Below are positions 58,372-64,000 of a stretch of 64,000 bases of DNA, in pieces. How positions within the stretch are numbered: the first letter of the stretch is position 1; each line of letters starts with the position of its first letter. The stretch is from Bacteroidota bacterium (GTDB taxonomy: Bacteria; Bacteroidota; Ignavibacteria; Palsa-1295), in assembly GCA_021324735.1 (NCBI GenBank), contig JAJPIO010000011.1:22612-86611 (forward strand), given 5' to 3'. Under the pieces are notes generated by a model. That model was not told where the DNA came from. It made no database searches and saw only the letters and a program-made list of their open reading frames with translations. Position numbers and translations under genes: made by a program.

Positions 58372-59154
58372 TTAATGCAAGATATCGAACTGGAAAGTAA
58401 TACCGGCTTGAATGCTTGGCAGCGGGCCCTGGCCCGGTGCAAACTTATCAGAGAAATGTTTGTAGCCTCGCGCATCAATAGTCGTATCGATGCTCGTGGT
58501 ACTGCTTACAAATTTCCCGAGGGGATAACTACCGCACACGACAGCATGCACGACACCGCTTTCTGTTTTAAGTATGGGAATAGAAAGCGTCCCGCGTAAT
58601 TCAGTGACCGTCGCAAGATCGCTCGTCTCCACATTCATGTTCGAGCTGTAATTCTGCACGGGCTGATCCGGATGCTGATAGCCGTTCACGATCTCGGTCG
58701 CACTGCCACTCATTGGAATTTCGAATGCCAGGCCGACCATGAGCCAGAAAATTCGAATCGACGGCTGCACGGAAATGTAACCGATGTTGAGATCAATGTT
58801 ATCGCTATCACCAGGATTTCCAAGATAGGCATCACGCGAATCGTAGAGTAAGCTGAGTCCCATCCCAAGCCAATTCGTGATCGTGCCATCGAAGAGCGCG
58901 CCAATGGAATAAGCGAAGCGTTGACTCGAATGCCACTCTGGCGGAAGATTTTGATTTTGCTGCGAGAATCCGCCAGTAAAATATGGACCGGCGGTCAGGT
59001 CCTTAAAAAACAGGAAGGTAGAAGTATCACGTGGGATCGTCGGTGGGGTGTATGGCTTGCGGGTTTGAGCATTTACCGAACCAACGCAGAGTAATAAGAA
59101 CAGAGTTACCGTCTTACAGGTATTCAACTTCCAGTTTACCATTCGTTTCATCAA
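58372..59154 (-). CDS. Outer-membrane beta-barrel protein, paralog of the adjacent gene
   Basis: Shares GPxFT, YDxR, ELR, GP blocks; C-terminal AGITFQF; start uncertain (overlaps dapF). Confidence 0.7.
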   Translation of the reverse strand: MMKRMVNWKLNTCKTVTLFLLLCVGSVNAQTRKPYTPPTIPRDTSTFLFFKDLTAGPYFTGGFSQQNQNLPPEWHSSQRFAYSIGALFDGTITNWLGMGLSLLYDSRDAYLGNPGDSDNIDLNIGYISVQPSIRIFWLMVGLAFEIPMSGSATEIVNGYQHPDQPVQNYSSNMNVETSDLATVTELRGTLSIPILKTESGVVHAVVCGSYPLGKFVSSTTSIDTTIDARGYKHFSDKFAPGQGPLPSIQAGITFQFDILH

Positions 59155-60052
59155 ATATGAGCGTCCCCTCTTCCCCGGCGATCACGCTACCTTCAAGCGA
59201 CAGTTTTGAAACACGATCACCGGAGAGCTCGAAATTCACAGTCACGTACTCGCCGCTTTGGGTCAGCAAACGGATCGGCGCTTGAGGGATGCGTCCGGTC
59301 AATCGGGCAACTATTGCCGAACTCATACATCCGGTACCACATGCTAACGTTTCTCCTTCCACTCCTCGTTCGAATGTACGAATGCGAAGATATTTTTCTT
59401 CCCCGTCTTCGCGCACTTCAATGAAGTTAGCGTTCGCTCCGACCGGTGCAAATTCAGGATGCCATCGCAGCAAGCGACCGTAGTGCGCAACATCGAGCGA
59501 ATCGACACCACCACCACTCATGATTCCACCTTCGGCCTCTGTCTTCTTAAGGAAGGGTAGCCTATTTTGAAGTTCGTCGAAGAACACTACCACATGCTGG
59601 CTTCCAAGATCGACGTAGCCAGCTTTTACAGATGCATTATTTTCGACTGGAAGATCGAAGTTGAGGCGAATAACGGTAGGATCTTGAAAGTACACGCGAA
59701 CGTCGCCATTGGCAAGCACTTCTGCGCGATTGACAGCCCCCAATACCTCGAACTCGGTCTTTGCTTCTGTTGCAAAACCAAAATGCCCAGCGGCTTGAAC
59801 GGCACATCGAGAACCATTGCCGCACAACATCCCGGTCGAGCCATCGGGATTGTAAAAATCCATTCGGAATGGAGCAGACGAACTTTGATTGATGAGAATT
59901 ATACCATCGGCGCCAACACCTGTTTTGTAATCGCATGCCGCACGAACGAGCTTCTGCATTTCCTCTCTCGAAAGCGAGAGCGGATCTTCCCATGTATTCA
60001 TAACGACGAACGTATTACCGGCCGCCGTATAGCGCTGAAAGCTGTGCGTCAT
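59114..60052 (-). CDS. dapF: Diaminopimelate epimerase
   Basis: GNTFVV, GVGADG, NPDGS..MLCGNGSRC, GANANF, RTFERGVEGETLACGTG. Confidence 0.96.
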   Translation of the reverse strand: MTHSFQRYTAAGNTFVVMNTWEDPLSLSREEMQKLVRAACDYKTGVGADGIILINQSSSAPFRMDFYNPDGSTGMLCGNGSRCAVQAAGHFGFATEAKTEFEVLGAVNRAEVLANGDVRVYFQDPTVIRLNFDLPVENNASVKAGYVDLGSQHVVVFFDELQNRLPFLKKTEAEGGIMSGGGVDSLDVAHYGRLLRWHPEFAPVGANANFIEVREDGEEKYLRIRTFERGVEGETLACGTGCMSSAIVARLTGRIPQAPIRLLTQSGEYVTVNFELSGDRVSKLSLEGSVIAGEEGTLIFDETNGKLEVEYL

Positions 60053-60190
60053 AGTAGTGTTAACACTGAATCTATATTTCCGTGCGATTGACCTAAATGA
60101 GTTTGTGCTCTCGGTTTTGAGCAAACATGCGTCAAAATTTCTTATTTTCGTACGTGTTGTTATTCCCCGTCATCTTTATTTTTTTAATCT

Positions 60191-60700
60191 ATGAAATTCG
60201 CTGTTAGAAATCTCTTGCTTTCATTATCGGTGATTGCACTTGCGCTGTTTGTGGTACCATCAGCACATGCACAGAAGAACGATCCGCCGAGTGGGAAATT
60301 TGGCATTGGCGCTTATGTCGCATCGGGTATACCAGGCATTCCAGTACCAAGCGGACTCTCCGGCACGTACGCCATTAATTCAGACATGCAAGTTGGTTCT
60401 TACCTTTCACTAGCAGTCGCAAGCAGTGATGGCGCAAGTGCTACTACTTTTTTATTGGCACCCTATTTTCGATATCTTTTTAATTCTACGGCAAGCCCAT
60501 ACGTCCAGGGAGGATTTTCGGTCATTACTGGCGGAGGTTCCACAACTGCGGGCATATTTCTGGGCGGCGGTCTTTCCTATTATATGAGCGAACATTTCGG
60601 CGTGCATACGGACGTAGATATTATCGATGTTGAATTTAGTCCATCCTCCGTGGTGTTCGGTTGGGCTAATTTACGTGCAGGCATGATGTGGTTCTTTTAA
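60191..60700 (+). CDS. Small outer-membrane beta-barrel protein
   Basis: Signal ending AHA-Q, LAPYFRYLF, PYVQGG, GGGLSYY, C-terminal WFF. Confidence 0.75.
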   Translation: MKFAVRNLLLSLSVIALALFVVPSAHAQKNDPPSGKFGIGAYVASGIPGIPVPSGLSGTYAINSDMQVGSYLSLAVASSDGASATTFLLAPYFRYLFNSTASPYVQGGFSVITGGGSTTAGIFLGGGLSYYMSEHFGVHTDVDIIDVEFSPSSVVFGWANLRAGMMWFF

Positions 60701-60720
60701 TTACCTCTTTACTTTTTTGA

Positions 60721-60755
60721 AAAAATGGCATGGCTTCCGCTATGCCATTTTTTAT
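60721..60755 (+). terminator. Rho-independent terminator
   Basis: AAAAATGGCATGGC TTCC GCTATGCCATTTTTT. Confidence 0.8.
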
Positions 60756-60832
60756 TGACGCAAATGAACACTTCGAAAAAGCACTGTTCGCACGCCCGTA
60801 CTGTTTAGCTCTTCCCAAAATTAATATTTCTC

Positions 60833-62047
60833 ATGTACGGAAAAGTCCAGCAAGAATTAGCCAGCGAACTCGCAGCCATCCGAGAAGCCGGCCTCTACAA
60901 GAACGAGCGCGAAATTACCACACCACAAGGTGTTGAAATTAAGGTAAAGGGACGCAAAGGGATCGTCCTAAACTTTTGCGCCAATAACTATCTCGGTCTC
61001 TCTTCCCATCCGAAGGTAATTGCGGCTGCGCATAAAACGCTCGATACTCATGGTTATGGTATGTCAAGCGTTCGATTTATCTGCGGCACGCAGGACTTAC
61101 ATAAAGAGCTGGAGAATGAAATATCCCACTTCCTGGGTACCGACGATACCATCCTCTACGTTGCCTGCTTCGATGCAAACGGCGGTGTCTTCGAGCCACT
61201 GTTCGGCGAAGAAGATGCGATCATTTCTGATGAGCTGAATCATGCATCGATCATCGATGGGGTGCGTCTTGCAAAGTCGAAACGCTATCGCTATAAACAC
61301 GCCGATATGAAGGATCTCGAGACACAGCTTCTTGAATCGCAGGCGCAGCGGCGTCGCGTGATCGTTACCGATGGCGTCTTCTCGATGGATGGAGATATAG
61401 CCAAGCTTTCGCAGATCTGCGATCTTGCCGAGCGCTACGAAGCGCTGGTGATGGTCGATGATTCACATGCAACTGGATTCGTTGGCAAAACCGGTCGAGG
61501 CTCGATCGAGCATGAGAATGTAATGGGCCGAGTCGATATCGTTACTTCGACCCTTGGCAAAGCTCTTGGCGGTGCCGCCGGTGGTTTTACCTCCGGTCGT
61601 AAAGAGATCATTGACATGCTTCGTCAGCGATCGCGTCCGTATCTTTTCTCGAATACGCTGCCACCGCCCATCGCCGGTGCTGCACTTGCGGTCATTCGGA
61701 TGCTTGAAGAGACAACTGAACTTCGCGATAAGCTCGAAGCAAACACGAAATACTTCCGTGAGAAGATGACCGCCGCAGGTTTTGATATCAAGCCAGGCAT
61801 TCATCCTATCGTACCGATCATGCTCTATGATGCTCCTCTTGCACAGCAATTTGCCTCACGCTTGCAGGACGAAGGCATCTATGTGACCGGCTTCTTCTAT
61901 CCCGTAGTAGCGAAAGGTCAGGCACGTATTCGTGTACAGATCTCCGCCGCTCACGAACGCCACCACCTCGATACTGCCATCGAAGCCTTTACAAAGGTTG
62001 GCGAGGAATTAGGAGTGCTGAAAGGTAAGGCTGAGGCGGTAGCGTAA
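60833..62047 (+). CDS. kbl: Glycine C-acetyltransferase (2-amino-3-ketobutyrate CoA ligase)
   Basis: [62 protein letters not shown]. Confidence 0.97.
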   Translation: MYGKVQQELASELAAIREAGLYKNEREITTPQGVEIKVKGRKGIVLNFCANNYLGLSSHPKVIAAAHKTLDTHGYGMSSVRFICGTQDLHKELENEISHFLGTDDTILYVACFDANGGVFEPLFGEEDAIISDELNHASIIDGVRLAKSKRYRYKHADMKDLETQLLESQAQRRRVIVTDGVFSMDGDIAKLSQICDLAERYEALVMVDDSHATGFVGKTGRGSIEHENVMGRVDIVTSTLGKALGGAAGGFTSGRKEIIDMLRQRSRPYLFSNTLPPPIAGAALAVIRMLEETTELRDKLEANTKYFREKMTAAGFDIKPGIHPIVPIMLYDAPLAQQFASRLQDEGIYVTGFFYPVVAKGQARIRVQISAAHERHHLDTAIEAFTKVGEELGVLKGKAEAVA

Positions 62048-62118
62048 AGACTTGACTTGGAAAATTAAAAGGCAGAGATAATTCGCTACCTTTTTCCTGG
62101 CATTTCTCTTGACTTAAT

Positions 62119-62508
62119 GTGTCTCATAATACAGTGAGCACCCCTCGTCATATACAGGTTTTTGCATGTCTGGCCATTCTGGCGATCGCCATCCAGGTGA
62201 ACTCGACGGCGTTCTCCATTTTGCTGTTTAAGCTCAACAGAAGCCAAATTTCGCAGACCGAGTGTGAGCGGAAGATGCCCCATTGTAACGGTCATTGCTA
62301 CCTGATGAAGCAGCTTGCAAAGACCGGGAATAATGAAAATGGCAGCCGCTCGACCGTACGAGAAACGCATATTGACGAACATTATCTGCCACAACCGTTA
62401 AATAATTTAACGGCCCTTCCTTTTTCCGAAGTTACAATCAATAAAAGCCTCTCCGATCAAACCTCATCCGGCTGGCCCTTCGCAGTTCTTCAACCGCCGC
62501 GCGCGTAA
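62119..62508 (+). CDS. Cys-containing small protein, DUF2946-like leader (C..CNGHC..C-terminal PP)
   Basis: N-terminal TM, ECERKMPHCNGHCYLMKQL, ends QPPRA. Confidence 0.65.
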   Translation: MSHNTVSTPRHIQVFACLAILAIAIQVNSTAFSILLFKLNRSQISQTECERKMPHCNGHCYLMKQLAKTGNNENGSRSTVRETHIDEHYLPQPLNNLTALPFSEVTINKSLSDQTSSGWPFAVLQPPRA

Positions 62509-62610
62509 TCAAGTCAGGTGCAAAGGGTATAGGGTGTCGTAAGAAGCTCTATCACTCACCCACGTCTAACCTTAGACTCTTTTCTATTTTCAACAAATTT
62601 TCATTCTCCT

Positions 62611-63564
62611 ATGAATGCGCGCGTTTATATAGTACTTTTAGTTTTGATTTTTCTTGCTGGGCCATTAAGTGCTCAGCCGATCGGAATCGTCAATGCCTGC
62701 GACTTTTGCATTGCTTCCCAAGGCATTTCACCACTTGAGATGGGACGTACGGGCCTTCGCTATGATGTCCGCTATCTTAAGCTATCCAAGGAATACAGCG
62801 ATGGTAAGCTCGTCGCAAACTCAAGCAACGAATCCGAAGAGTTCTTTACAAATCAATTCACTCTCTCATATCAACTTGCTTCGGATATTTCTTTGATAGA
62901 GATCGTACCGGTTGCAACGAAAACCGCCAGGATGAGTGAGACCGATATGAACTCGTCCGAAACCATCACCAACACTGGCTTCGGGGATGTGCTGTTGATC
63001 GGACGGTATAATCTATTTGCGGATCACTCGCTAACAACGACGAAGATCGTTGCAATGAGTGCGGGCTTAAAACTACCTACGGGCGGAACACACTTTCGCG
63101 ACGCAGCTGGGGAGATAGCTGACCCTGACATGCAACTCGGCACTGGCTCTCTCGATGCTGTGGTAGCAGCGAACGTACTGTATGGTACGCACGATCTTGC
63201 CGTTGCCTTTAATACCACTGCTACGTTTACTTCCAAAGGCGCGAATGGTCACCAGTACGGCAACAATGTAAATTATGATGCTACGGCAAGGTATCGCGTC
63301 TATTGTAAAATGGATGACTGCGCTCCTTCACTTTTCGCAACCGCCGGCATTATAGGCGAATGGCGAGCACATGAATTGCAGGACGGTGTTATAGATCCCA
63401 ACTCCGGAGGCAACGTTATTTACGTTGCGCCCGGTGTGCAAGCGTTTCTTTCGCAGTCTATCTCGTTCGAAGCTCGTTTCCAGCTACCGATCGTGCACGC
63501 ACTGAATGGCGATCAGTTAGGTGAGACTTATAAGATAGCGTCAGGGCTGCAGTATTTGTTTTAG
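62611..63564 (+). CDS. Outer-membrane beta-barrel transporter with N-terminal CxxC
   Basis: Signal, ACDFC, GFGDV, GLKLPTG, QLGTGS.D, C-terminal GLQYLF. Confidence 0.8.
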   Translation: MNARVYIVLLVLIFLAGPLSAQPIGIVNACDFCIASQGISPLEMGRTGLRYDVRYLKLSKEYSDGKLVANSSNESEEFFTNQFTLSYQLASDISLIEIVPVATKTARMSETDMNSSETITNTGFGDVLLIGRYNLFADHSLTTTKIVAMSAGLKLPTGGTHFRDAAGEIADPDMQLGTGSLDAVVAANVLYGTHDLAVAFNTTATFTSKGANGHQYGNNVNYDATARYRVYCKMDDCAPSLFATAGIIGEWRAHELQDGVIDPNSGGNVIYVAPGVQAFLSQSISFEARFQLPIVHALNGDQLGETYKIASGLQYLF

Positions 63565-63615
63565 TACTGTTTTATTCCCTGGGACCTCAGGGTTTCAGGG
63601 AATAACATTACGCGA

Positions 63616-64000
63616 TTAGCGCCAGCTTTCCTGCTCTACTTGTGTGCCATCGCTGACGAGCAAGATGGCTCCTTCCTTATCGGTCCGACATACTTTAGCA
63701 TTGCAGGTATACCACCGCTTCAACACCGCGGTGGCGGGATGTCCAAACCGATTATTTTCACCAACGGAGATCACAGCGTATTGCGGATTAGCCATTTGTA
63801 CAAATTCCTTAGATGAACTGGTCAAGCTACCGTGATGCGCCACCTTTACGACATTGGTATGAAGAAATGCTCCGTATGTCTCCAGCATTTCCTCTTCCTC
63901 GCTTCGTTCGACATCACCTAAGAAGAGAACGCTGGTATTTTTATAAACCAGCTTAAAAGCAAGCGTCCCGGCATTGATCGACTGGCCACCCGCAGCATAC
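63616..64000 (-). CDS. comEC: ComEC/Rec2 competence protein, C-terminal MBL domain (partial)
   Basis: LFLGD.E, KVAHHGS.TSS, AVISVG.NNRFGHP, RTD..GAI; frame runs off the window edge. Confidence 0.9.
   Translation of the reverse strand, partial: YAAGGQSINAGTLAFKLVYKNTSVLFLGDVERSEEEEMLETYGAFLHTNVVKVAHHGSLTSSSKEFVQMANPQYAVISVGENNRFGHPATAVLKRWYTCNAKVCRTDKEGAILLVSDGTQVEQESWR

Noticed and set aside
63616-64000. Functional link between comEC and the GTA-like cluster
   Set aside because: comEC is near-ubiquitous and lies 48 kb away; proximity gives no evidence.

Overview
Chromosomal window from an FCB-superphylum bacterium, probably Kapabacteria/Ignavibacteria-like. This is inferred from many T9SS C-terminal-domain proteins, Bacteroidota-type TAnnTTTG promoter boxes and cohesin/dockerin/IgGFc modules. 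Housekeeping genes: glgP, dxs, xseAB, rlpA, manC, dapF, kbl, comEC (partial) and tRNA-Arg(CCG). The most striking element is an ~11.7 kb phage-head and lysis cluster (3.6-15.3 kb): large terminase, HK97 portal, prohead protease, major capsid, head-tail connector, two unknown ORFs, a signal-peptide lytic transglycosylase and a doubly membrane-anchored protein. It has no recognisable integrase, repressor, replication, tape-measure or baseplate genes, and its catalytic motifs are intact. It is split by three opposite-strand envelope genes and carries host-type REP palindromes and in-frame heptamer-hairpin insertions. This fits a domesticated, gene-transfer-agent-like or tailless-capsid system. 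Also notable: a five-gene T9SS cohesin/dockerin operon with intergenic stem-loops, three tandem IgGFc-domain paralogs, heptamer-repeat hairpins inserted in-frame into core enzymes, a candidate structured RNA upstream of the tRNA, and a probable metal-sensing leader peptide before a CxxC beta-barrel. All calls are by eye from motifs; no database searches were run.
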